DNA of 63,949 bases, filler included, from Octopus bimaculoides (GCF_001194135.2; 5 parts of 4 records of this genome joined end to end with filler, not necessarily neighbours in it), one strand, 5' to 3'. Numbered from the whole stretch's first letter, positions 40,649-52,837 are shown. Translations and numbers: made by a program. Notes: a model not told the origin generated them from the sequence alone.

Positions 40649-43314
40649 ACACACACACATGATGTCTGTGTTACAACTTATTTCTATGTCTAGAGCTTAT
40701 TCTATTCTATCAAACTCATTTTGCTCAATTACACAAGGTTGCAAAGTGAATTTCTCAACCACACAAGCCCCAAAGCTATATAAATATATATATAAAATAT
40801 CTATTGAACGTTTTGTTCATTGTTCAAAGGACACTGTGAAGGTGAGGGAAAATACCTTGCTTGGAAACAGGTGAGAGTGGCAGAGAAAACATTCAGCCAC
40901 AGAAAACCTGCCTCAACAAGTTTTGTGTTACTCAAGATACGCAGTAAAAGTGGGTGTTAAAACGATGATGATGATGTGTTGGATATTTTAGGTTGCTATT
41001 AAAATGTATTGTTATTTTTGTTGTTCATGAGTTGATGAATGTTCAATATTACATTTAGGGCATCATTCAATAATTCAGTGAACGTTCTGGAGGAGGGTAT
41101 GGATTGTATTACATTTCTTAGAATTTGTTGTTATTTCCGTGTTGTTGTTGAAGATGGAATATAAATTTGAGCGCTTTTGTTATTCACCATATTATTTCCT
41201 CCTTTCCAAAATAACTATTAACCTGATCTAAGTAATTTTCACCAGTAATTTATTATCTGTGTCTAACGGTATTTTGTCGCGAGCTTTACCTTTCAAGTTG
41301 GTTGATATTTATCTTTCATTTATTCTATGTATGACATTTGTTCAAATTATTATTGCCATAACGATATTGTTTCCATGTTTAAAATTATTACTGTTATAAT
41401 ATCGTCTGAACTTGATTATATAAATATATATATATATATATATATANNNNNNNNNNNNNNNNNNNNNNNNNNNNNNNNNNNNNNNNNNNNNNNNNNNNNN
41501 NNNNNNNNNNNNNNNNNNNNNNNNNNNNNNNNNNNNNNNNNNNNNNNNNNNNNNNNNNNNNNNNNNNNNNNNNNNNNNNNNNNNNNNNNNNNNNNNNNNN
41601 NNNNNNNNNNNNNNNNNNNNNNNNNNNNNNNNNNNNNNNNNNNNNNNNNNNNNNNNNNNNNNNNNNNNNNNNNNNNNNNNNNNNNNNNNNNNNNNNNNNN
41701 NNNNNNNNNNNNNNNNNNNNNNNNNNNNNNNNNNNNNNNNNNNNNNNNNNNNNNNNNNNNNNNNNNNNNNNNNNNNNNNNNNNNNNNNNNNNNNNNNNNN
41801 NNNNNNNNNNNNNNNNNNNNNNNNNNNNNNNNNNNNNNNNNNNNNNNNNNNNNNNNNNNNNNNNNNNNNNNNNNNNNNNNNNNNNNNNNNNNNNNNNNNN
41901 NNNNNNNNNNNNNNNNNNNNNNNNNNNNNNNNNNNNNNNNNNNNNNNNNNNNNNNNNNNNNNNNNNNNNNNNNNNNNNNNNNNNNNNNNNNNNNNNNNNN
42001 NNNNNNNNNNNNNNNNNNNNNNNNNNNNNNNNNNNNNNNNNNNNNNNNNNNNNNNNNNNNNNNNNATATATATATATATATATATAAGGCGATAGTAGAT
42101 TATAACAATAATTTTTGCAATCTAAAATATTAAATAAAATAAAGCTTCGTCGATCTCCGAACAAAACCAAACCCAGCTGCGCATTGACGAAAGTGAAAGC
42201 AGAGACATGAACTCAAGGATAGTCACCTAAACTACCATAATCATCTTATCGGAAAATTTCTAGCCAAATATTATTTTATGTAATTATTTAATGCGACAAA
42301 CTAGTCCCAATCATACATCGAAGCTATTTCCACTCCGTGTCTCCAATGTCATGGACAACAGGATCGATCAATCGAGTGGTTATTTGTCGCATTCGAGCCA
42401 TGTTTTCTTAACCGTATTGATAAAACGTAATTTCATATTTGCAAAAAATAATCAATAATAAATTACGTCTCTTTTAACATTTAGTAAGCAGATATCTCTA
42501 AACATTTACTTACTCTTGTATTTCAGTCTACCTTCAATTGAAGAAATTATTTTCTTACTTAAATTACTTCATAGAGGTTCTAATACTGAGCACTATATAG
42601 ATATGCATTACTAAAGTATCCCAGCATAATATATAGCAACAACAAGCACTAACCTGGAATTTTTGTCCTTAATTCAAGAATTTCTTGTAAAAAATTGGGT
42701 GGAATATGATGTACAGCAGCCAAAGCCATATTTTTGTTTGTCATTAACCGGCGACACGTGTTTATGAAGCCATTTTACGAGGGAGAAATCATTGTAAGTT
42801 GTTATGATATGACGACGACTGCTTTGTTGAAACGGCTGATCTCTTTCAAGTGTAATCTCATATTAATATTCCGGCATATATAAAGCGGTGAACTGGCAGA
42901 ATTGTAAGCATGTCGAGTAAAATGCTAGGCGGCATTTCGTCCGTCTTTATGTTCTGAGTTCAAATACCGCTGGGGTTGACTTTGCCTTTCATCCTTTCGA
43001 ATGTCGATAAAATAAATACCAGTTGAGCACTGTTACTGACTTAGCCCCACCCCCGAAATTGCCTTGTGCTAAAATTTGAAACCAGTATTCCGGTATATTT
43101 TCTTAACCACTATTACTGTAGACTATATTTTATTGAGTGTTGTCTGGCAATTAAGTCCAGTCATTCACTCTCGGCCTTCATTTCCCTAAAAGAGTTCGTC
43201 AGCTAAGTATGAATGTGTGTGCACGTGTATAGTCTCTCTCTCTATATATATGTATATATATATGTATGTATATATTATATGCATGTATGTGTATATCTAT
43301 CTATCTATCTATTT

Positions 43315-43394
<80 letters not shown>

Positions 43395-43396
43395 TG

Positions 43397-43743
43397 TGAC
43401 ACTCCGTCGGCTGCGACGACGAGGGTTCCACTTGATCCGATCAACGGAACAGCCTACTCGTGAAATTAACGTGCGAGTGGCTGAGCAGATGTGTGTAACC
43501 TTAATGTAGATCTCAGGAAGATTCAGCGTGACACAGAGTGTGACAAGTCTGACCCTTTGAAATGCAGGTACAACAGAAACAGGAAGAAAGAGTGAGAGAA
43601 AGTTGTGGTGAAAGAGTACAGCAGGGTTCACCACCAACCCCTGCCGGAGCCTTGTGGAACTTTAGGTATTTTTGGTCAATAAATAAACACTCACGTCGAA
43701 ACCGCGAGTCCGCTGTCCTAACCACTGGGCCATTGCGCCTCCA
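43397..43743 (-). mobile_element. SINE family A copy
   Basis: Same head and body as 859-1241. Confidence 0.8.
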
Positions 43744-44109
43744 CTATCTCTCTCTTCCCCCTCTCGTTCTTCCTTCTGTTACTACTATATTTCTCTCTTC
43801 CTCTCTTTCTCTCGTTGCTCACCTATTTTCTACTTCCTCCCCTTGTTTCTCTCTCTACCACTCTCTCTCTCTTCCTTACCCCTCGCTGGTCACATGTGTC
43901 CACTTACTGATNNNNNNNNNNNNNNNNNNNNNNNNNNNNNNNNNNNNNNNNNNNNNNNNNNNNNNNNNNNNNNNNNNNNNNNNNNNNNNNNNNNNNNNNN
44001 NNNNNNNNNNNNNNNNNNNNNNNNNNNNNNNNNNNNNNNNNNNNNNNNNNNNNNNNNNNNNNNNNNACATTCCGCCATGGTACAAGTTTAATTTGTGTAT
44101 ACAAATTTA

Positions 44110-44390
44110 ATTTGTGGTCCGTGGGAAGAGCCATTTTAACGATGCGTCCTGCCCTACTCTTCGAAACGCCTGTGTTAGAATGGGGGTAGCTGATGAAGGA
44201 AAATGTTCTCTATGTGGCCTGTGTGTGTTCTGTACTCTGGTTATTATTACTTTTTGTCTACGTTTTGTTTGCAATATCCTGTACCCAGATATGCACCTAT
44301 ATATACAGGTAGATGTAGGTATGCACATACCTGTACGTATATATGCATATACTCATTCATTATTTGTTTTATATATATATATATTGTCTC
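44110..44390 (+). mobile_element. Penelope-type pLTR fragment; a second copy is at about 12388-12582
   Basis: Both copies share ttcgaaacg..tgttagaat.g.gg.agctga.gaagga...gtggc...tcctgtacc..gatatgca.ctatat. Confidence 0.5.
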
Positions 44391-45116
44391 ATGTGCAAAA
44401 TAGGAGAACGGTTAGTTTCCTTCAGAAATTTCTGGAAATTTCAAACATTGTATACATTTGCAGGCTCAACGTTACTACCGTTTCAGTATTGTGCTAGCTT
44501 CTGAACATGGCACACCACGCTAAATTTACTCCCAATCTCCGAAATGAAATTGTCAAGACGAAAGTTTTAGGAATGACTCGCTCGGTATTTCACAAGGAGA
44601 TCTAATAGTGTAGTTTCACGTGTTCTTAAGCTCTATGAAGAAACTAAAGGATTTGAACAAAAAAAAAGGCAACTGGTAGACCACGCAAAACCACCACTCG
44701 AGATAATGGAGCCATGAAGGATCTTTAGTAGAAAGTGGGTTATACATCTTTAGATTGTATACCTGACTTTCTACTATAATATTAAAGAAATAGACGGAAC
44801 GCTGAACTCCAGACTAAACAACTTAAACAACATTTATTTACTTGGTAAAACATACATATCTTTAGTTATACATCTTTAGAGGTGAGAATAACGAGCTGTC
44901 GAGTATAAGACCGAAAGATGTAGAGACAGCTTTAAACACACGTCCTTGCTCAATCGCTGGCCAGCGTGAAAGAGAATGAATTGAGCGGGAAACGCTTGCT
45001 TTATTAATTCTACGCANNNNNNNNNNNNNNNNNNNNNNNNNNNNNNNNNNNNNNNNNNNNTTAATTAATTAANNNNNNNNNNNNNNNNNNNNNNNNNNNN
45101 NNNNNNNNNNNNNNNN

Positions 45117-45621
45117 AAATGCACTTATTTTAAAGATATTTATTTACTTAACCGGTTTCACTTTTTTAGAAAAAGTTTATCAAAAGTCTTTGAGAATAAT
45201 AAACAGTTTGAATATTAAAATGCATATATACATTCTTTGATGATAATAAGAGGAATATATTTAAAGTATAAAGCTTTGTATGAACTTTGTAGTGTTACAT
45301 ACTGATTATCACACATTCTCTGATAATAAGATGAAAATGTTTAAAACAGTGTAAGTATGAAAAGACATACTTACACTGTTTTAAACATTTTCATCTTATT
45401 ATCAGAGAATGTGTGATAATCAGTATGTAACACTACAAAGTTCATACAAAGCTTTATACTTTAAAAATATTCCTCTTATTATCATCAAAGAATGTATATA
45501 TGCATTTTAATTTTCAAACTGTTTTTTAACATTTTTTATTATTCTCAAAGACTTTTGATAATCTTTTTCTAAAAATGTGAAACCGGTTAAGTAAATAAAT
45601 ATCTTTAAAATAAGTGCATTT
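45117..45621. repeat. ~505-bp AT-rich near-perfect palindrome (foldback)
   Basis: Arms 45117-45359 and 45366-45621, loop AAAAGA; a few substitutions and one indel of about 12 nt between arms. Confidence 0.95.
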
Positions 45622-45639
45622 TCAAACCTTCTTTCATAT

Positions 45640-46095
45640 ACATTTCCACTCGTACGGTATTCCACAACTTTACTTTATTAGAGAGACAAAAACCTGGCAA
45701 TCTTATATCTACTTTTCCAGTGGTGGATGTTACTGTTGCTTTTATCGTGCAGTTACTGTTAATACTTCATTTAGAGAATTAACATTGCTTGTTTTCACCT
45801 TTTCGATATCAGTGAAGAATTTCACTGGAAAAGTAGATATAAGATTGCCAGGTTTTTGTCTCTCTCACCAAGGTCAGTAGCTATCGAACGCCGACGAAGG
45901 GAAATAACACTGAAATCCGGATCCGTTCATGCTGCAGATCGTGGTGAGAGGGATAGCTTCCCTTGGCAAACAGGACACAGTCGTGTGTCGATAAGCCAGC
46001 TGGAGGAGATGTCCTCCTGGGGCTAAAAGCAACAGTAACATCCACCCCTAGGGGTCAGCCACACTTAAGTGGCAATATACTACACTTTATATATN
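45640..46095 (+). mobile_element. Penelope-type pLTR or retrozyme-like element with a 43-bp inverted duplication
   Basis: Perfect IR 45680-45722 / 45823-45865 immediately upstream of the hammerhead fold; ends in (TA)n. Confidence 0.5.
45886..45928 (+). ncRNA. Minimal type I hammerhead-ribozyme fold with a U4C core change
   Basis: GAACG-CCGACGA-AGGG(aaataa)CACT-GAAA-TCCGGA-TC-CGTTC. Stem I GAACG/CGTTC is perfect, stem III ATCCGGAT is palindromic, and the putative cleavage site is after C45923. Confidence 0.7.
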
Positions 46096-46153
46096 NNNNN
46101 NNNNNNNNNNNNNNNNNNNNNNNNNNNNNNNNNNNNNNNNNNNNNNNNNNNNN

Positions 46154-46192
<39 letters not shown>

Positions 46193-47802
46193 GGCTTGAT
46201 GTGTGTATATGTGTAATGTGTGTGTGTATGTATATATAAACAGAAAGATAAACACTATGTATATCTATATACCTACTTGCATACAAACATACATATATGT
46301 GTGTACGTATAAATGTGTGTGCATGTCACCACGTACATACATTTGCTTGTTGGTTTGTATTTGTATATGTGTATGTTTGTGATCGGCTGCGTATACCTCT
46401 GTGTTTCCATGCATGTATAATGCTTTAATCACTTATGTACCTACGTTTGTACATGTAATTTTAGAGATCCGTCTTTATATATTTATCTCGATGCCTTTAC
46501 ATTCAGGTTTTCTATTTCAGATTCGTTCAAAAAATATTGTTTACCGACATTTCCTTTTCCTTTTTCCGGAGAATATATTTCAGAATCTTTGTGTCTCTAA
46601 GAAGACAAACATATAAATAATTGTTTTCCTTATCGGAGTTCATGAATCAACAATAGCTATTTCCATTTGAAAATTAGTTGAATATTTCATATTAAATATT
46701 ATTATATTCCCTTAAACTTAAATACACATTGCACTTGAGAAACTTTTATTTCTGAAAATTTAGAGTTTACAATGAATGTTCCATTAAATTTCCTTTCATC
46801 AATTTATACAAATACTCGATATGGAATAAACAGAGATGAATTTCTAGTTATTATTTATATGTGCTATTAACGTATGCATGACTTGTGGTCAGCGAAATAT
46901 TTTGAGTATAAGAGAGCTTACTATAGTACCAGAAATTGAATAGTAGAACTAGCTTGGTTTCACAAACACGCACACCCACATGCACGAATATATATACAAG
47001 TTTACACACACTCTCGAACACGCACACACGTATATATATCTATACTTATGTTATGCAGGAAAATAATTGTGTGAACAGCTTAGAGTATCGGGTAATTTAT
47101 TCTTACACTACGAAAGTTGTGTCCAGTAAAGATGCAGTTTATGCTTACACATACACACACATACACACGCGCACGCACACATACACATACACACACCTAT
47201 ATATAGGGCAAATACAAAAATGGAGAGGATAATCAATCGACAAACATCAGCCTATAAACAGTCAATTATATCTATTTATCAATTGATTACAATCATATGT
47301 ATGATTCAAATANNNNNNNNNNNNNNNNNNNNNNNNNNNNNNNNNNNNNNNNNNNNNNNNNNNNNNNNNNNNNNNNNNNNNNNNNNNNNNNNNNNNNNNN
47401 NNNNNNNNNNNNNNNNNNNNNNNNNNNNNNNNNNNNNNNNNNNNNNNNNNNNNNNNNNNNNNNNNNNNNNNNNNNNNNNNNNNNNNNNNNNNNNNNNNNN
47501 NNNNNNNNNNNNNNNNNNNNNNNNNNNNNNNNNNNNNNNNNNNNNNNNNNNNNNNNNNNNNNNNNNNNNNNNNNNNNNNNNNNNNNNNNNNNNNNNNNNN
47601 NNNNNNNNNNNNNNNNNNNNNNNNNNNNNNNNNNNNNNNNNNNNNNNNNNNNNNNNNNNNNNNNNNNNNNNNNNNNNNNNNNNNNNNNNNNNNNNNNNNN
47701 NNNNNNNNNNNNNNNNNNNNNNNNNNNNNNNNNNNNNNNNNNNNNNNNNNNNNNNNNNNNNNNNNNNNNNNNNNNNNNNNNNNNNNNNNNNNNNNNNNNN
47801 NN

Positions 47803-47840
<38 letters not shown>

Positions 47841-47858
47841 TACACACACACACACACG

Positions 47859-47890
<32 letters not shown>

Positions 47891-48633
47891 CTTGAATATA
47901 TTTATGGGGTAGGAATTTTTTAAAAATTTCACTACCAGTGGCCTAGCACGTATAAAAAGTCAAAAGACAACATAGTCAATATAAAATAGTGTACATTGAA
48001 ACACATAAGAATTACCCAAAAAATGCAACTTCTACACGCTAGAAGACAGTCGAAACGACCGAACACCACACAAGTTAAGCAATTTCTTTCGCTTTGAACA
48101 CTGATATCTATGGCGAAAGAATGTGTGTGGTGGATGCGTTTGAAATGTTTACAAACAAACACGTTCCTCTCTGGTCAGACCCTCGTCAACTTTTTCAAGT
48201 ACCACTTGAAAAGAAGGATGAGAATAGACTGGAAAGTGCTATCGAATGAATGTTTCAATAAAAAATGGGTAAACGTGGCAAGAATGGTAAGTACGAAAGA
48301 CGACATCAGTTTAAGTATAAACATGTAAGAAAAAGAGACAAAGAGAGAAAAGATATTTACTTTCATGTACCTTTAAAAAGAAGAAGCCTGAGGTGACCGT
48401 GGTCTTTTCCGTAGGTTTTTCTCTCCACGGATAAACCTAATCTGTTCCCTACTTTTTCATTAATTGTGATACACGATCCCTGTTGTTCGGCTTTACCAAT
48501 GTTTTTCTTTTTCCTCACGATCCCTCTTGATCGAAATTCTACCCCGCCTCCCATTTTTTGTTCCCTGGAAGAAAAGATCTACATTGTATTTTGTCTATTT
48601 TCTGTATTTAGCCCTGTGTGGCCATGATAAACA

Positions 48634-48667
48634 GATATCTATCTATCTATGTATCTATCTATCTATG

Positions 48668-48716
<49 letters not shown>

Positions 48717-48717
48717 G

Positions 48718-48768
<51 letters not shown>
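48634..48768. repeat. (TATC)n microsatellite
   Basis: Direct inspection. Confidence 0.95.
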
Positions 48769-48868
48769 NNNNNNNNNNNNNNNNNNNNNNNNNNNNNNNN
48801 NNNNNNNNNNNNTTAATTAATTAANNNNNNNNNNNNNNNNNNNNNNNNNNNNNNNNNNNNNNNNNNNN

Positions 48869-48972
48869 TCTCATTCCTAAAGTATTTTTTCGATGTTGTT
48901 ATTATTATTATTCAGGTCACTGCCTGGAATCGAACTCGGAATCTTGGGGTTAGTAGCCCGCACTCTTAACCA

Positions 48973-49025
<53 letters not shown>

Positions 49026-49160
49026 TCGAAAAATACCTTAGGAATGAGAACCCAGGTTCGAAATTTCCCCAAGACACTTGATGAAGGCTGGAGGGTATAT
49101 CAGCCAAAATGTTGTGTTAACAACAAACAAGATGAGGACAAATATCCGTCAAATGTAAAT
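48869..49160. mobile_element. Head-to-head inverted pair of a tRNA-headed, hammerhead-bearing non-coding element
   Basis: Minus copy: tRNA-like head 48973 to 48917 (B box GTTCGATTCC), then cctg(aat)n-atcgaaaaatac-ttaggaatgaga. The plus copy from 48973 repeats that body and continues through the ribozyme to aaatgtaaat at 49160. Confidence 0.65.
49073..49118 (+). ncRNA. Degenerate type I hammerhead ribozyme (Penelope type)
   Basis: GACAC-TTGATGA-A-GGCTG(gagggtatat)CAGCC-AAAA-TG-TT-GTGTT. Stems I and II are intact; core changes are C3U, G12A and C15.2U. Confidence 0.65.
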
Positions 49161-49309
49161 TGTGGGGATGTTGGTTTAGTCGCCAACAACCTGACCATGC
49201 AACAGTTTGTACTGGATTCCATGTTACCAGTAGCACTTATGAGAGCCTCATAAGTGACCTGGCATACATACATGCATTACATATATACATACTTACATAC
49301 TTAAGAAGG

Positions 49310-50765
49310 TTATATTGAATAAAGATTGAGTGACCCAAGAATATTATACAAGACTTAGAAAAATATGGCAGTCGGAACTCTCCTCTAATAACAAGACAAT
49401 ATCCCAGAATGCATTTGCAGTACCAGTGCTGGTTCCAACATTTGGAATATTTGACTGGTCTGTTGAAGAAATCCTCTCCATAGATGTTAAAACCTGCAAG
49501 ATACTGACATCAAGTGGAAATCTCTACAGGGTGTACTTTTAAGAGATGAAAGAGGAAGAGGCTTGAGATCAGTGCAGACAACCTTTGAATGTTGTATAGT
49601 TTCTTTCAGACAGTTTCTAAACAACAGCAGCAAAAATAAATACGAGTGTGGGATGAAAAGTTCATAGGCTGACTAGGAAGGAGTAATGCTAAAGCTTTGA
49701 TATCTTGCATGCATTAATTTAAACTTTTCTTATTAATAATTGCATTGATATCTGATTGTTCAATGAAAACTTTTTAAAAAGTAGTTGCTACTTCTCTTGA
49801 AAATGAACATTATGGCCTTGTCAAGTACCTAAAGAAAAAGGGTTTAGCCCCACCCTAGGACTTTCATACTGATATAGTTGCTACATTAGGAGATGATACT
49901 CCAGCTTTATCAATAGTGCAAATTGAAGAAAACAATATCCTACATGTTGGTTGTGAGCTCCTCAGGAATCACATTCTTCCTGATGACCTTCCATACAACT
50001 CCGAAATTGCCAGACTAACATGCAGCAAAGAAGACCTGGATGTGAAATGCTCAGCATACCAAAAAAAGACTATGCATGGGTAGTCTTCAAGTCTTTGGGA
50101 AAAGACTTGAAGAAGACAGTAATATCAACATGAAATGCAGCCTCACTTGGACTCATGTCCACTACATCACATTACACTTCAAATCCAAATAAACAAAAGG
50201 ATCAGTAAAGCTCTTGGAGTTCCAAGATGCAACCAAAAATGTAGATTATATCATATTTCTGTGGAAGACATCATACATATGACTAGCCCTGTGTGACATG
50301 ACATTGTTACAAAAACAATATACAGTGCCATTCAGGAAAAAGACTATCCCAGAATAAATATAGAGAATACTCCTGTTATTAAATACATCAACACAAGGAA
50401 TACTGGCGGATCATTTCCATCAAAATATCTGTCAAGTGTAAACATAACAAACAAAAAAAGGTATGTGCCTTTATAGGAGTCAGTTGTTCTGCTGATATGA
50501 ATGTACCTTTGAGAATCAAAGAGAAAGAGGATAACTATGGACAACTACTTCAAAATGTCCAGCTTCTATATCCAGATTATATATTCACATTTACATCAAT
50601 AATAATTGGTGCATTTGGTTTTGTGAGTAAATACCTGAGTGACAATCCAGATAAGCTAGAGTTTTCAGAAAAAAGAAATCTACCAACTAACTTGCACATT
50701 ACAAATGCAATCTGTAAGTAGAACACTAAAAATATGTGAGACTTTTCCCAAGTTTAAAATGTAAC
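49310..50765 (+). mobile_element. 3' part of an R4/Dong-like RLE retrotransposon
   Basis: ORF 49330-49542 (EYYTRLRKIWQSELSSNNK...DVKTCKILT) and ORF 50497-50721 (KEKEDNYGQLL...IIIGAFG), the restriction-like endonuclease region. Confidence 0.8.
49641..49920 (+). mobile_element. 5' mariner fragment nested in an R4-like LINE relic
   Basis: TACGAG...GAAAAGTTC terminus followed by 'KYLKKKGLAP...DIVATLGDDTPALS', a transposase N-terminus. Confidence 0.6.
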
Positions 50766-51309
50766 ATTGTTTTTGTTATCTACATTCCAACGATGGAGCT
50801 TTGTGTCATTGTTAGAAACCAGCTCCTTCCTCAGATGAAGAACTTAAATAATTAAAAACAGAAGAGAACATACATACAGTCATATGTAAGTACATACATG
50901 TGTATGTATATACACACACACACAATGGGATTCTTTCAGTTTCCATCCTCCAAATGCACTCACAAGTATTTGGTTGGCCTGCAGCTATAATACAAAACAC
51001 TTACCCAAGGTGCCAGTGGGATTGAACCTGAAATCATGTGGCTGGGATGCTACACAACATGTGTGCATGCGTGCGTGCGTGCGTGTGTGTGTGTGTGATT
51101 AATATCAAGATGTCAAAAAGACATAATAAGTACACACAATAAATGTTCTGGCTAGGCATAATGTCTAAACTCCAATGTTAAGTGAAGGAATACAGCATCC
51201 ACAGAAATAAAAGGTGGCTTTAGGCAATGTAGTGCTGATGAGATATAATAGAATTTTAAAAAGAATAGTTACCAGGCATAATGTCATTCATAACATATTT
51301 ATATTTATT

Positions 51310-52232
51310 AATGTTTTGATACCTTGAGGCTAACAAAAAAAAATGTCTTCATGCATAGGCTTGAAAGAGATGAAGCTAGCATGCTTCATTGGATGTGCAA
51401 TGTCAGTGTGCATGTACACTGGAGAATAAGTATCTTGAGAGAAAAGTGGGGCATAAGAAGCATTAGATGTGGTGTTCAAGAGAGACAACTGTGCTGGTAT
51501 GGTCATGTGATGTGTATGGCCGAGGACAGCTGTGTAAAGAAGTGTCGATCTCTAATTGTGGAGAGAATCTGCAGTAGAGGTAGACCCAGGAAAACATGAG
51601 ATGAATTGCTGAAGCATGATCTTCAAATGTTGGGCCTCACAGAGGCAATGACTAGTGATCGAGACTTTTGGTGATATGCCATGCTTGAGAAGACCTGTCA
51701 AGCCAAATGAAATCATAGTCATAGCCGATACCAGTGTCACGTAACTGCACCCAAGCTGGTGGCACACAAGATATACCGTTTGAGCATTAGGCCTCATGAA
51801 GGCAATGTGGCCAATGCCGGTGCCATGTAACTAGCACCTGTGCCAGTGTTGTGTAACTAGCACCTTTCAAGTGTTGGGCCTTACGGATATAATGTGGCCA
51901 ATGTCGATGTTGCATAACTAGCACTTGTACCAGTGGTACGTTAAAAAGCACCTTTTGAGCAATATGCCATGCTTGAGTAGAAGACCCATCAAGCCAAGTA
52001 AAATTATAGTTATTGCAGATACTGGTGTCACACAACTGGCACCCATGCTGGTGTCACGTAAAAGTATCCATTACACTCTCGGAGTGGTTGGCATTAGGAA
52101 GGGCATCCAGCTGTAGAAATCATGCCAAATCAGACTGGAATTTATGCAGCCGCTCAGCTTGCCAGCCCTGGTCAAACCGTCCAACCCATGCCAGCATGGA
52201 CAATAGACATTAAATGATGCTGATGATGACCA
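51310..52232 (+). mobile_element. RTE-clade LINE 3' end with repeated UTR and (GAT)n tail
   Basis: ORF 51324-51599 '...WYGHVM...SRGRPRKT' followed by the common ggagtggttggc(g/a)ttaggaagggcatcc...(gat)n tail. Confidence 0.8.
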
Positions 52233-52584
52233 TGTGTGTGTGTGTGTGTGTATTTTATTATGAATTCATTATTTTCATATCATTATTAATATTAATACCT
52301 ATGTTCATAAAATGTATTTCGCATGTTGTAATGAAACATTTGTTACTTCAGAATTAAAATAATGCAATAAATTCCAATCTTTGTTTTAATACAAACTCTG
52401 CAAATAATATACTTGACCAGGAATTTCTAATTATATGCATTATTTTCTCAATTAAAATAAAACATACCATAGATAGCTAGAATATAGAGTTGTGCCAGGA
52501 CACAGCTTGGATTATAATCCCTTTTATATACTATATATATATTTATATCCAATATATTCATATACAATATATATATATATATAT

Positions 52585-52800
52585 GTGGAGGCACGTGGCT
52601 TAGTGGTTAGGGTGTCAGCATCATAATCGTGAGATTGTGGTTTTGATTCCTCGACCAGGTGACGCATTGTGTTCTTGAGCAAAACACTTCATTTCACGTT
52701 GCTCCAGTCCACTCAGCTGGCAATAATGAGTAACACTACGATGGACTGACCCAAGCTGAAACCAGGAAACAGGGCCCATGAGCCTGGCTAGGCTTTAAAA
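52585..52800 (+). mobile_element. tRNA-derived SINE (family B)
   Basis: ggcttagtggttagg head and ttgctccagtccactcagctggc core; copies at about 26400-26640(+) and 19141-19433(-). Confidence 0.7.
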
Positions 52801-52837
52801 GGGCACATTTATCATTTTATATATATATATATATATA

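Noticed and set aside
48917-48973. tRNA gene with an ACT anticodon
   Set aside because: Truncated A box and acceptor stem, mismatched arms; a SINE-like head only.
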